The notes beneath the pieces are model-generated. The model saw only the letters and a program-made list of their open reading frames with translations, had not been told where the DNA came from and did no database searches. Made by a program: the position numbers and the translations under genes. From an uncultured Actinomycetes bacterium (GTDB lineage: Bacteria > Actinomycetota > Thermoleophilia > Gaiellales > JAICJC01): DNA of 64,000 bases. The stretch is taken from NCBI GenBank assembly GCA_963760755.1, contig CAVXEE010000004.1:141555-205554 (forward strand). The letters run 5' to 3'. How positions within the stretch are numbered: the first letter of the stretch is position 1; every line of letters begins with the position of its first letter. Shown here piece by piece: positions 28,186 through 37,585 of this stretch.

Positions 28186-29094
28186 CTACAGGCGGAACGA
28201 CGGCAGCAGCCGCTTCTCCGACTCGCCCTCGATGGTGGCCTCGACGTCCAAGTAGGGCTCGAGGCCGGATCCGCGCAGCTTGCTGCGCAGGAGGTTGTCG
28301 ACCTGGTAGAGACCGGCGGAGTTGTTCATCTCGATCTCGATCAGCACCTTGCCCCTGTCGCCGCGGATGTGTACGCCCTCGATGGCGGCAGCCGAGAGCG
28401 AGTGGATCGAGACGCGGCCCGACTCGAACGGGATCCGTGAGCGGCCCTTGGCCATGTCGAGCGCATCGGCGACGCGCACGACGCCGGCCTCGATCGAGAG
28501 CGGCTGGCCGTCGGAGCGGTGCGAGATGATCGCCTGCAGCACCTCGGCCTGGACGATGGTGGACTCGGGGTCCTCGTAGAGGCCCTCGAGCAGGCGCGGC
28601 AGCCGGTCGGCGGCCAGGAAGAGGCTCATCTCCTCGTGGCCGTTGCGGTGGATGGCCATGCCGAGGCAGTGCGTCAGGCAGCCGAGCACGACGACGACCT
28701 CGGCGTCCTCCTGGCGCATGCCGTAGTCGCTCACCATCCCGGGCTCGACCCCGGCCCGGCGCAGCTCACGCAGGAGCTTCAGGCCGATGTTCGTGACGAT
28801 CTGGATGTGCACCCAGGAGTGGTCGTTGATCTGCAGGCGGGTGACGGCGTTCACGTTGGCGGCGTGCCAGAGCGCCTTCAGCGAGGTGTCGTGGTTGACG
28901 CGGTCGACGATGTCGCGCAGCGTGCGGTTGCCGCGCGCGGGCAGGGTGACGCGCATGTCGCGGACGGCCTCGGCCGGTGTCATGCGCGCGCCGCGCTCGG
29001 CGCGGACGCTGATCGGCCTGCCTGGCTCCGGGTCGGCGCCGGCGGGGACCTCCTCGGTCTCCGGTGCGGTGTCGTCCTCGGCGCTCATGCCCAC
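28186..29094 (-). CDS. HD-domain metal-dependent phosphohydrolase (family-level call only)
   Basis: ORF 28186..29094. Acidic N-terminal tail, then a region with HD-superfamily-like His/Asp positions (NDHSWVHIQ, LGCLTHCLGMAIHRNGHE, VRVADALD). No GYP motif. Confidence 0.6.
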   Translation of the reverse strand: MGMSAEDDTAPETEEVPAGADPEPGRPISVRAERGARMTPAEAVRDMRVTLPARGNRTLRDIVDRVNHDTSLKALWHAANVNAVTRLQINDHSWVHIQIVTNIGLKLLRELRRAGVEPGMVSDYGMRQEDAEVVVVLGCLTHCLGMAIHRNGHEEMSLFLAADRLPRLLEGLYEDPESTIVQAEVLQAIISHRSDGQPLSIEAGVVRVADALDMAKGRSRIPFESGRVSIHSLSAAAIEGVHIRGDRGKVLIEIEMNNSAGLYQVDNLLRSKLRGSGLEPYLDVEATIEGESEKRLLPSFRL

Positions 29095-29125
29095 AACCTA
29101 CCGGAAGCCCGCGCCGGGACGGCCG

Positions 29126-30268
29126 CTACTTGTGCATCGGCATGATGCGCCAGCCGAACGCGAACGCGTCGTGGTACCAGCCGGCGCCCGGGCCCATGTA
29201 GTCGAGCGTGACGCCGTCGCCGGAGCCGTGGCTATTGATCGTCCAGTTGTTCCCGAGGTAGATGCCGGTGTGGTAGATCGTCTGCCACGACGTGTGCACG
29301 CCGTTCGGCGCCGAGCTCCAGAAGAGGATGTCGCCGGGATGCAGGCCGGCGCGCGAGACGCGGCTCGTGAGCTTCACCGCCTGCGACATCTGGAAGGTCG
29401 TGCGCAGCTGGCCGATGGCGGTGTTGCCGGTCCACGTGTGCCCGCCGGCGGTGTAGGTCTGCATCTTCATGACCCACCACACGAACCCGGAGCAGTCGAA
29501 CCCGCCGGCGACGTTCGCGCCGAACTCGGTCTGCGGGTCGGGCGAGGTGCCGCCCCACACGTACGGGGCGCCGGCGTACTTGAGCGCGAAGCCGAGCACG
29601 GCCCGCTTGAGCGGCGTCCAGGTCGGCATGGCGCTCACAACGGCCGTTTTGGCCTGCGCGGCGGCGACGGCCCACGGCGACAGGTGGCCGACCTGGTAGG
29701 CCTCGGAGGCGAGGTTCGCGCGGAGCAGCGTGTCGTTCGGCCACAGCTCCCACTGGTCGAAGCCCTCGGGCACGTTCGCGCGGGCGCCGACGGCGCGCAC
29801 CATCTGCTCGACGCCGAAGCCGACCGGGAGCGGGGGGCGCCAGCCGGTCGAGGTGTGCAGCGTGCTCATCGTCTTCGCGGCGGAGCCGAGGCCGAGGATG
29901 CGCACGACGCCGTGGTCGAACTGGAGCTGGGTGATCGTGTCGGCGGGGCCGGTGCCGGCCCCGATCCACCCGGCGGCGACCGCCTCGGCGTAGGGATCGG
30001 CGGCGACCGGGGTGGCGTTCTGCTGGAAGGCGAGGTCGGCCAGGACGCGGGCGGCCGTCAGCCGGCTGGCGGTGTGCGCCACTCCGAAGTGGGTGGTCGT
30101 GCGCGGGGTCATCCAGCCCTTCTTCACGACCCAGGTGATGGGCGTGTTCGCCCAGAAGCTCGGCGAGACGTCGGCGAACGGGTGGGCGGTCGCAGCGGTT
30201 GCGACTCCGGGAAACGCGAGCACGGCCACGGCCGTCGCCGCGCCGAGTGAAGACAGGACCCCCTTCAT
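29126..30268 (-). CDS. secreted SLH-like / NlpC-P60 cell-wall hydrolase
   Basis: ORF 29126..30268. Signal peptide present. SLH-like FADVSPSFWANTPITWVVKKGWM, then a C-terminal NlpC/P60 domain (APYVWGGTSP...GGFDCSGFVWW, HTGIYLG). Confidence 0.8.
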   Translation of the reverse strand: MKGVLSSLGAATAVAVLAFPGVATAATAHPFADVSPSFWANTPITWVVKKGWMTPRTTTHFGVAHTASRLTAARVLADLAFQQNATPVAADPYAEAVAAGWIGAGTGPADTITQLQFDHGVVRILGLGSAAKTMSTLHTSTGWRPPLPVGFGVEQMVRAVGARANVPEGFDQWELWPNDTLLRANLASEAYQVGHLSPWAVAAAQAKTAVVSAMPTWTPLKRAVLGFALKYAGAPYVWGGTSPDPQTEFGANVAGGFDCSGFVWWVMKMQTYTAGGHTWTGNTAIGQLRTTFQMSQAVKLTSRVSRAGLHPGDILFWSSAPNGVHTSWQTIYHTGIYLGNNWTINSHGSGDGVTLDYMGPGAGWYHDAFAFGWRIMPMHK

Positions 30269-30323
30269 CAGGAGGAGTTATCGGTTGCCCGCCGAAGAGC
30301 TTGAGTTCGATCTCAGACGGGGA

Positions 30324-32054
30324 TCAGGCGACCGCCTCGACCCAGTCGTCGTAGAGCGCGTAGTAGCGGCCGCGGCGCTCGATCAGCTGGCGGTGCGTGC
30401 CCGCCTCGATCACCTGGCCGTGCTCGAGCACGACGATCACATCCGCCCGCCGGATCGTGCTCAGGCGATGGGCGACGACGAAGGCGGTACGCCCGTGCAG
30501 GAGCGTCTCGAGCGCCTCCTCGATGCGGGCCTCGGTGGGGATGTCGACGCTCGAGGTCGCCTCGTCCAGGATCAGGATGCGCGGGTCGGCCAAGAGCGCG
30601 CGGGCGAAGGCGACCAGCTGGCGCTGGCCGATCGAGAGCCGGGCGCCGCGCTCCTGGATCTCGGTGTCGTAGCCGTCGGGGAGGGCGCGGATGAAGGTGT
30701 CGGCGCCGACCGCCTCGGCCGCGGCGACGACGTCCTCCAGCGAGGCGTCGGGCCGCCCGAACGCGATGTTCGAGCGCACGCTGCCCGAGAACAGGAAGCT
30801 CTCCTGCGGGACGATCCCGAGCTGTGAGCGCAGCGAGTGCGCGGTCACGTCGCGCAGGTCGTGGCCGTCGATCGTGACCCGGCCCGACGTGGGGTCGTAG
30901 AAGCGGGCGAGCAGCTTGATGACCGTCGACTTGCCGGCGCCGGTGTGGCCGACGAGCGCCACCGTCTGACCGGGCTCGGCGGCGAAGGAGACGCCGTGCA
31001 GCACCTCGGTCGCCGTCGAGGCGTACGCGAAGCGGACGTCGGCGAACTCGACCCGGCCGGTGATCTGCGGCAGCGGCTGCGCCGTCGCCGAGTCGGCCAT
31101 CGCGGGCTCGGTGTCGAGCACCTCGACCACCTTGTCGAGCGCCGCGGTCGCGGCCAGAAGGGTCTGGTAGAACTGCGACAGCTGCTGGACAGGGTCGAAG
31201 AAGTTCGACAGCAGCCCGATGAACGCGAACAGCGCGCCCGGGCTGAGCTCGCCCTGGAACACGAGCAGGCCGCCGTAGCCGAGCACGACCGCCGTGGCCG
31301 TCGCCGAGAGCAGCGACACGAACGGGAAGTAGATCGAGGCCGCGTTCACCGTCTGCACGTTGGCCGCCCGGTAGCCGTCGTTCACCTTGACGAAGCGGCG
31401 GTAGTTCGCGCGCTCGCGCCGGAACGCCTGCACGACGCGCACGCCCGAGATGTCCTCCTGCAGGCTGGCCGTGACCTCGCCCATCCGCTCGCGCGTGCGC
31501 CGGTATGCGCGCGCCGAGTAGCGGCGGAAGATCGCCGTGCCGACGGCCATCGCCGGGAACACGGTCAGGGTTGCGAGCGCGAGCCGCCAGTCGAGCACGA
31601 GCAGCACGGCGGCCGAGCCGACCAGGGTGAGCGTGTTCTGGACGAGGGTGGTCGGCCCGTCCGTGATCATGCTGTTCATCGCCTCGATGTCGTTCGTCAG
31701 CCGCGAGATGACGACGCCGGCCGGCGTGCGCTCGAAGAACCCCAGGTCGAGCCGCTGCACGTGGGCGAACACGGCCACGCGCAGGTCGGCCAGCACGCTC
31801 TCGCCCACCCAGCTCGTCAGGTAGCTCTGCCCGGCGGTGGCCGCCCAGCCGACCACCACGACCACGAGGAACACCGCCACCCACTCGACAACGACCGGGT
31901 AGTCGCCCGGCTGGATCCCGGAGTCGATCACCTGCTTGGCGACGAGCGGCCCGGCGACGCTCGCCGCCGTGGCCACGATGAGCGTGAAGAGGGCCAGGAG
32001 CGCCCGCCCCCGGTAGGGGCGCGCGAACCGGGCGATCGTGCGCACGCGCTTCAC
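30324..32054 (-). CDS. ABC exporter, fused permease/ATPase (second half of a heterodimeric pair)
   Basis: Distal part of ORF 30324..33851, starting at GTG 32052-32054, which overlaps the upstream stop (GTGA). Motifs: Walker A GHTGAGKST, signature LSIGQRQ, Walker B ILILDEATS. Confidence 0.85.
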   Translation of the reverse strand: MKRVRTIARFARPYRGRALLALFTLIVATAASVAGPLVAKQVIDSGIQPGDYPVVVEWVAVFLVVVVVGWAATAGQSYLTSWVGESVLADLRVAVFAHVQRLDLGFFERTPAGVVISRLTNDIEAMNSMITDGPTTLVQNTLTLVGSAAVLLVLDWRLALATLTVFPAMAVGTAIFRRYSARAYRRTRERMGEVTASLQEDISGVRVVQAFRRERANYRRFVKVNDGYRAANVQTVNAASIYFPFVSLLSATATAVVLGYGGLLVFQGELSPGALFAFIGLLSNFFDPVQQLSQFYQTLLAATAALDKVVEVLDTEPAMADSATAQPLPQITGRVEFADVRFAYASTATEVLHGVSFAAEPGQTVALVGHTGAGKSTVIKLLARFYDPTSGRVTIDGHDLRDVTAHSLRSQLGIVPQESFLFSGSVRSNIAFGRPDASLEDVVAAAEAVGADTFIRALPDGYDTEIQERGARLSIGQRQLVAFARALLADPRILILDEATSSVDIPTEARIEEALETLLHGRTAFVVAHRLSTIRRADVIVVLEHGQVIEAGTHRQLIERRGRYYALYDDWVEAVA

Positions 32055-33851
32055 GGCAGCCGCCTGGGCGTCGCCGACGCCGCCCGCCGCTCGGCGACCG
32101 GCGCGTCGCCGTCCATGTCGACGAAGGTGCGGTCGACCAGGCCGTGGGAGTGGATCTCGCGGTACACGGGGCTCGACTCGATCAGCTCGGCATGTGTGCC
32201 CTGCGCGACGATCCGGCCCTCGTCGAGGACGACCACCCGCTCCGCCAGCGAGATCGTGCTCAGGCGGTGGGCGATGATCAGGGTCGTCCGCCCCTTCATC
32301 ACCTCGCGCAGCGCGAGCTTGATCCGGGCCTCGGTGGTGGCGTCGACCGACGCCGTGGCGTCGTCGAGGATGAGGATGCGCGGGTTCATCAAGAGCGCGC
32401 GGGCGATCGCGATCCGCTGCCGCTGCCCGCCCGAGAGCGTCAGGCCGCGCTCGCCGACGCGCGTCTCGTACCCGTCGGGCAGGTCGCAGATGAACTCGTG
32501 CGCCTGCGCCTGGCGGGCGGCCGCGACGATCTCCTCGGGCGTCGCCTCCGGGGTGCCGTAGGCGATGTTCTCGGCGACGGTGGTCGAGAACAGGAAGGTG
32601 TCCTGGCTGACGATGCCGACCTCGCCCCGCAGCGAGTCGAGGGTGACGTCGCGCACGTCGGCGCCGTCGACCGTGACCCGGCCGGCGGTGGCGTCGTAGA
32701 AGCGGGGGATGAGGGCGGTGAGCGTCGTCTTGCCGCAGCCGGTGGGCCCGATCAGGGCGACCGTGCTGCCGGCCGCGATGTCGAGGTCGATGCCGCGCAG
32801 CACGGGCCGGTCGGCCTCGTAGCCGAACCCGACGGCCTCGAAGCGGATGTGGCCCGGGCCGGCGGGCAGCGGCGCCGCCGCCGGGGGCTCGACGATGTCG
32901 CGATCGACGTCGAGCACCTCGAAGATGCGCTCGCCGGAGGCCATCGCGCGCTGGTACTGGCCCACCCACATGCCGGCGCTGCGCAGCGGCACGACCAGCA
33001 GCAGCACGTAGCCGTTCACGGCGAAGAACGACCCCAGCGAGAGCGACCCGTGGATGACGTTGTAGCCGCCGACGAGCAGCACGGCCGCCATCGCCAGGCT
33101 GGGCAGGCTCTGCAGCAGCGGCAGGTAGCGGGCCTGGATGCGCGCGGCGGCGATCGCCTGGTCGAAGACGCGCCGGGCCAGGTGGCGGAAGCGGTCGACC
33201 TCGCGCTCCTCCTCGGCGAACGCCTTGACGACGCGCACGCCGACGATGTTCTCCTCGGCGTGCGTCGTCACGTCGGCGACGCGCTGCTGCACGTCCTTCA
33301 GGATCGGGTGGCTGATCCGCGAGTAGCGGTAGGCGGCGTACATCATCACCGGCGAGATCGCGAGCGCGATCAGCGCGAGCTGCCAGTCGATGGCAAGCAG
33401 CGCCCCGACCGACGATCACGACGGTGACGACGTTCTGCGAGAAGAAGATCAGCCCGTAGCCGAGGAAGATCCGCACCGACTGCAGGTCGACGGTCGCGCG
33501 TGACATCAGCTGCCCGGTCTGGTGGCGGTCGTAGAACCCGAACGAGAGCCGCTGCAGGTGCCGGTACATGGCGTTTCGCAGGTCGTACTCGACGTCGAGC
33601 GACAGCCGCCCGGCCAGGTAGCGGCGGAAGAACATGAGGATGCCCTGGAGCGCGCCCGCGACGACGATCAGGCCGGCGTAGAGCATCAGCGCGTGGCGGT
33701 CGTGGTGGCCGGGCTGGGTGGCGTCGATCGCCTTGCCGGTCAGGTACGGGATCGTGAGGATCGCCGCCTGCGAGCCGATCGCGAGCATGGTCGTTGCGAT
33801 GACCTGGCCGCGGTAGGGGCGCAGGAATCCGAGCAGGCGGCGAAACGTCAT
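32051..33851 (-). pseudogene. ABC exporter, fused permease/ATPase (first half of the pair), one frameshift
   Basis: The N-terminus is in ORF 30324..33851 (MTFRRLLGFLRPYRGQ...NVVTVVIVG). The rest is in ORF 32051..33349 (..LLAIDWQLALIALAISPVMMMYAAY..., GPTGCGKTT, LSGGQRQR, ILILDDATS). The junction is at about 33401-33412 within cgCCCCgacc. The length of 1801 nt equals 3n+1. Confidence 0.8.
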
Positions 33852-33948
33852 CCGCCGCAGCGTATCCCGTCACCCTGGCCGTCCGGCCGTGGTCTCGCCG
33901 GCCCCGCGGGGGCGGGGGGCCGCCCGGCCGCCGGGCCGGGCGGCGTGC

Positions 33949-34119
33949 TCAGCCGTGCCGCAGCTGGTGCAGCAGAACCGCGAACGAGACGCCCTCGATC
34001 TGGGAGAGCATGAACAGCCCTCCGAGCACGAGCATCCCGATGACCATGACCCCGAAGCTGAGCTCGGAAGCGACGCTTCCGCGCTGGTTGGCGAAGACCT
34101 TCACGACGACCCCTTTCAT
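33949..34119 (-). CDS. small Flp-like hydrophobic peptide (56 aa; alternative GTG start at 34104)
   Basis: Inside ORF 33949..34155. MKGVVVKVFANQRG/SVASELSFGVMVIGMLVLGG has a Gly followed by Glu at +5, then a hydrophobic helix, as in Flp prepilins. Leu replaces the usual Tyr at +6. Third codon positions are mostly G/C. Confidence 0.55.
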   Translation of the reverse strand: MKGVVVKVFANQRGSVASELSFGVMVIGMLVLGGLFMLSQIEGVSFAVLLHQLRHG

Positions 34120-34208
34120 GACCACCCGGTGCACCTTGCGACGTGCACACACCACCCCAAGTATCGGGTCGCCGGGCCGCTCCGGCGATCCCCCGTCGGC
34201 GTGATCGG

Positions 34209-34946
34209 TCAGGGCCGCTGGATGCGGCCGAGCAGGCCCGACTCGCCGGTGCGCACCTGCTGCATGACCTCGGCCTTGTCCGGCCGGCGCTGGTCCTCCG
34301 AGCCGTCGGCGGGCGTCGACTCGGCCATCGCCGCGATGTTCTCGCGCGCGTCGGCGGCGTACTCGATGATCTCGCAGCCGGTGCGGAAGCGCCCGTACGG
34401 CGCCGGGTCGGAGCGCACGACGCGGGCCTCGAAGTGGATCGCCATGCCGCCGATCCGCGTCGAGACGAGCAGCAGGTCGCCGGGGTCGAGGGCGCTCATC
34501 CCGATGAACGCGACGCCGGTGGCGCTGATGTCGGCCAGGCGCAGGTCGAGACGGGTGTCGCGGGGAAGGGTGCGGCAGAAGAGCACGCGGGCGTGGGCGC
34601 GCTCGCTGACGGCGACGCGGGGCGCCGCGCGGCGCATCTTGCGATGGTGCACGCCGGTCACGCGCAGGTGCACCAGGGCGTCTGCGGCCGAGTGGTAGAA
34701 GACCTCGTCGACCTCGAACTCGACCTCGTAGCGGCCGCGGGCGGCGTCGGTGATGCGGGCGAGCAGCCGCAGGTCCTTGCGCAGCTGGGTGCGGGGGCCG
34801 TACGCCTGCAGCAGATCGGCGTCGCGGTCGGCGATCCGGAGCGCGAATCCGCCGCCGTCCTCGGACAGCACCTCCACGATCGCCGGCAGGGGCGGGAACA
34901 CGCCGAGGGCAAGCTGGAGCAGGTCTGCGGGATTGGGGGTCGACAT
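34209..34946 (-). CDS. PilZ domain (c-di-GMP-binding) protein
   Basis: Distal 245 aa of ORF 34209..35156, ATG at 34944-34946. Carries the canonical RxxxR (RRAAPR) and D/NxSxxG (DISATG) motifs. Confidence 0.75.
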   Translation of the reverse strand: MSTPNPADLLQLALGVFPPLPAIVEVLSEDGGGFALRIADRDADLLQAYGPRTQLRKDLRLLARITDAARGRYEVEFEVDEVFYHSAADALVHLRVTGVHHRKMRRAAPRVAVSERAHARVLFCRTLPRDTRLDLRLADISATGVAFIGMSALDPGDLLLVSTRIGGMAIHFEARVVRSDPAPYGRFRTGCEIIEYAADARENIAAMAESTPADGSEDQRRPDKAEVMQQVRTGESGLLGRIQRP

Positions 34947-35031
34947 CAGACGCTTAGGTGATCGGCGCGCCCGCCCCGTCACTGTAGCGGCGGAGTCGGT
35001 GGGATATCCTCTCGGAGGCGTGGTGTTCTCG

Positions 35032-35442
35032 ATGTTCTCCGGTGACGTCTGGGCGGTCGTCTTCCTGGCGGTCATGCTGAAGCTGCCGCTGATCGGCATC
35101 GGCACGGCGCTGTGGCTCGCCTTCAAACGCCAGGACGAGGTGCGGCCCGAGGTCACTCCCGTGCAGGCCCAGATGGCGCTCTGCGGCTATTGCGGCACCC
35201 GCATCACCCTCGGCTACGACGCCAACGTCCTGCACGAGCAGGCGCACCGCATCGGCACCCGCACGGGCGAGGCGGTGTTCGACGTCGAGTCGCGGCTCGT
35301 GCGCGAGTCGCTGCGCCAGCCGAACCACTACGCCTCGGCGCCGCGATACTGCCCGGGCTGCGGCGACGAGGCCGTGTGGACGCCGATCGAGCCGATCGAC
35401 CTCTCAGCCGCCGGCCGCCCGCGGCTCGGCCAGACCGGCTGA
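35032..35442 (+). CDS. membrane-anchored zinc-ribbon-like protein (hypothetical)
   Basis: Distal part of ORF 34750..35442. N-terminal TM segment, then CGYCG ... CPGCG. The start could be GTG 35020/35023 or ATG 35032 (GGAGG at 35014-35018). Confidence 0.5.
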   Translation: MFSGDVWAVVFLAVMLKLPLIGIGTALWLAFKRQDEVRPEVTPVQAQMALCGYCGTRITLGYDANVLHEQAHRIGTRTGEAVFDVESRLVRESLRQPNHYASAPRYCPGCGDEAVWTPIEPIDLSAAGRPRLGQTG

Positions 35443-35456
35443 GACGCTCCCGGCAT

Positions 35457-35486
35457 GGGGACTGTCCCCGCATGGGGACAGTCCCC
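35457..35486. repeat. palindromic intergenic element, copy 1 (also a likely bidirectional terminator)
   Basis: GGGGACTGTCCCC gcat GGGGACAGTCCCC has 13-bp perfect arms. It is flanked by ccggcat on the 5' side and a tandem ccccggttctc x2 on the 3' side. It lies between convergent genes. Confidence 0.7.
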
Positions 35487-35504
35487 GGTTCTCGGCCCCG
35501 GTTC

Positions 35505-36425
35505 TCAGACCGTCGTCCAGGATGCGCGCGGGTCGGGGAGCGGCGTCAGCCGCGCCTCGAGCGCCTCGCGCTCGGGCTCGAGCCACGGCGGCAGGATCAC
35601 CTTCGAGCCGAGCTGCTCCATCGGCAGGTCGACGGTGAACCCGGGGCCGTCGTCGGCGATCTCGTACAGCACGCCGCCCGGCTCGCGGAAGTAGATCGAG
35701 TGAAAGTAGTGGCGGTCGATCACGGGCGTTGAGCGCACGCCCAGCTCGGCCAGCCGCGCGAGCCAGCGCGGGTGCTCGGCGATCGTCGTGCCCCAGGCCA
35801 CATGATGCACGGTGCCTGCGCCGGGGACGCCGGCCGCGGGCGCCCTGTCGAACGTGATCGTGGCGGCCCGCTGGTCGCCGCGCAGCTCGTAGACCGTCTC
35901 ACCGGCCGGGGTGGCCGCGAGGACGTCGGTGAGCAGCCGGGCGCTGCCCTCGGGGTCGAGGCTGTAGGCGCGCACGCCGATCAGGCCGCCGATCGCATGC
36001 TCGCGCGGGATCTGCGGATGCTCGGCGACCAGCAGCTCGGCGCCCGCGTCGACCCGCAGCTCGTGGCCGAGGCCCTCGGGGTCGGCGAAGCGCAGCGAGT
36101 CGCCGTCGCGGACGCTCTCGACGCCCTCGGCGGCGAGACGTTCGGCCCAGAAGTCGAGCGCCTGCGCCGAGCCGACCCGGGAGACGAGCGTGTGCACCAT
36201 GCCCGCGCCGGCGCGCCCGCGGCGGGCGCCGGGGTACTCGAAGAACGTCATCTCCGTGCCGGGCGAGCCGTGCTCGTCGGCGTAGAAGAGGTGATAGACG
36301 GTGGGGTCGTCCTGGTTGACGGTCTTTGCGACCATGCGCAGGCCGAGAACGCGGGTGTAGAAGTCGACGTTCCCGGGCGCATCGCCGGTGATCATGGTGA
36401 CGTGATGGATGCCCTCGAGGTGCAT
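35505..36425 (-). CDS. VOC/glyoxalase-family ring-cleaving dioxygenase (MhqO/YfiE-like)
   Basis: ORF 35505..36425. Two VOC modules are present (GIHHVTMITGDAPGNVDFYTRVLGL; VHHVAWG...YFHSIYFREPGGVLYEIA). Confidence 0.8.
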   Translation of the reverse strand: MHLEGIHHVTMITGDAPGNVDFYTRVLGLRMVAKTVNQDDPTVYHLFYADEHGSPGTEMTFFEYPGARRGRAGAGMVHTLVSRVGSAQALDFWAERLAAEGVESVRDGDSLRFADPEGLGHELRVDAGAELLVAEHPQIPREHAIGGLIGVRAYSLDPEGSARLLTDVLAATPAGETVYELRGDQRAATITFDRAPAAGVPGAGTVHHVAWGTTIAEHPRWLARLAELGVRSTPVIDRHYFHSIYFREPGGVLYEIADDGPGFTVDLPMEQLGSKVILPPWLEPEREALEARLTPLPDPRASWTTV

Positions 36426-36505
36426 CGGATGCTCCCTTGGTTGGCGGTGGAGATTGTTGCTCGCTCAATCATATCACGGTGAAGCGGCCGGTTAGACTCG
36501 CCGGG

Positions 36506-37579
36506 ATGGCCGGGGACGCGGGGATCTGGGGGGACGGGTTCGCCTCGCTCGAGCAGCGTGCGCGCGAGCGCCTGCCCGAAGGCGTGTACGACTTCTTCGC
36601 GGGCGGCGCTGGCAGCGAGGCGACCCTCGCGGCGAACGTCTCGGCGTGGGCCGAGCTCGACCTGCGTCCGCACGTGCTGCACGACGTCGGCACGGTGGAC
36701 ATGTCGGTCGACGTGCTCGGCACCCGGCTCCCGTCGCCGATCATGGTCGCGCCGACGGCGGCACACCGGCTCGCGCATCCGGACGGCGAGCTCGCAACCG
36801 CGCGGGGAGTGGCCGCGGCCGGCAGCCTGTACGTGATCTCCACGCGCGCGAGCACGACGCTCGGCGACATCGCCGCGGCGGCGCCGGCGGCGCACCGCTG
36901 GTTTCAGGTCTACGTGATGCACGACCGTGCATGGACGGCCGACCTGGTGGCCCGGGCGAGGGAGACCGGGTGCACTGCCCTCGTCCTCACGGCCGACACC
37001 CCGGTGATCGGGTCGAAGCCGCGAGCGGCCCGCACCGCGTTCGCGATTCCCGACGAGCTGTGGATGGTGAACAGGCCGGAGCGGGAGCGCGCGCGTGCGG
37101 ACGTCGATCCGCAGACCCAGGATCCGTCGATCGGGTTCGACACGGTCGCGTGGCTGCGAGACGTGTCGGGCGGCCTCCCGGTGGTGGTCAAAGGGGTGCT
37201 GCGCGGCGACGACGCGCGCGCATGCATCGAGGCCGGTGCCGCGGGTGTCGCGGTCTCCAACCACGGCGGGCGCCAGCTGGACGGCGCGATCGCAACGGCC
37301 CGGGCACTGCCGGAGGTGGTCGAGGCGGTCGCGGGCCGGGGCGAGGTGTATGTCGACGGGGGCCTTCGCAGCGGCGTCGACATCCTCCGCGCGCTCGCGC
37401 TCGGCGCCCGCGCGGTGATGATCGGGCGGCCGGTCCTGTGGGGCCTTGCGTGCGAGGGAGCGGCGGGCGTCCGCGGAGTGCTGAGGGGCCTCGATGCGGA
37501 GCTCCGCGAGTCGGCGGCCCTCGCCGGCGCAGCGACCGTCGCCGGGATCACCCCCGATCTCGTCGTCCGCCCGGGCTGA
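36506..37579 (+). CDS. FMN-dependent alpha-hydroxy-acid oxidase/dehydrogenase (LldD/glycolate oxidase family)
   Basis: Inside ORF 36437..37579, ATG 36506. Motifs: PIMVAPTA, WFQVY, VVKGV, VSNHGGRQLD. Confidence 0.85.
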   Translation: MAGDAGIWGDGFASLEQRARERLPEGVYDFFAGGAGSEATLAANVSAWAELDLRPHVLHDVGTVDMSVDVLGTRLPSPIMVAPTAAHRLAHPDGELATARGVAAAGSLYVISTRASTTLGDIAAAAPAAHRWFQVYVMHDRAWTADLVARARETGCTALVLTADTPVIGSKPRAARTAFAIPDELWMVNRPERERARADVDPQTQDPSIGFDTVAWLRDVSGGLPVVVKGVLRGDDARACIEAGAAGVAVSNHGGRQLDGAIATARALPEVVEAVAGRGEVYVDGGLRSGVDILRALALGARAVMIGRPVLWGLACEGAAGVRGVLRGLDAELRESAALAGAATVAGITPDLVVRPG

Positions 37580-37585
37580 CGCCCG

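Noticed and set aside
28186-29094. HD-GYP c-di-GMP phosphodiesterase partner for the PilZ protein.
   Set aside because: No GYP motif or HHExxDGxGYP-like segment is present. Only a generic HD-superfamily call is supportable.
30324-33851. Single 1175-aa ORF suggesting one giant ABC protein.
   Set aside because: The middle third (about 32100-33400 in that frame) is Arg-rich nonsense. The true reading is two half-transporter genes with a GTGA junction at 32051-32054, plus one frameshift in the first gene.
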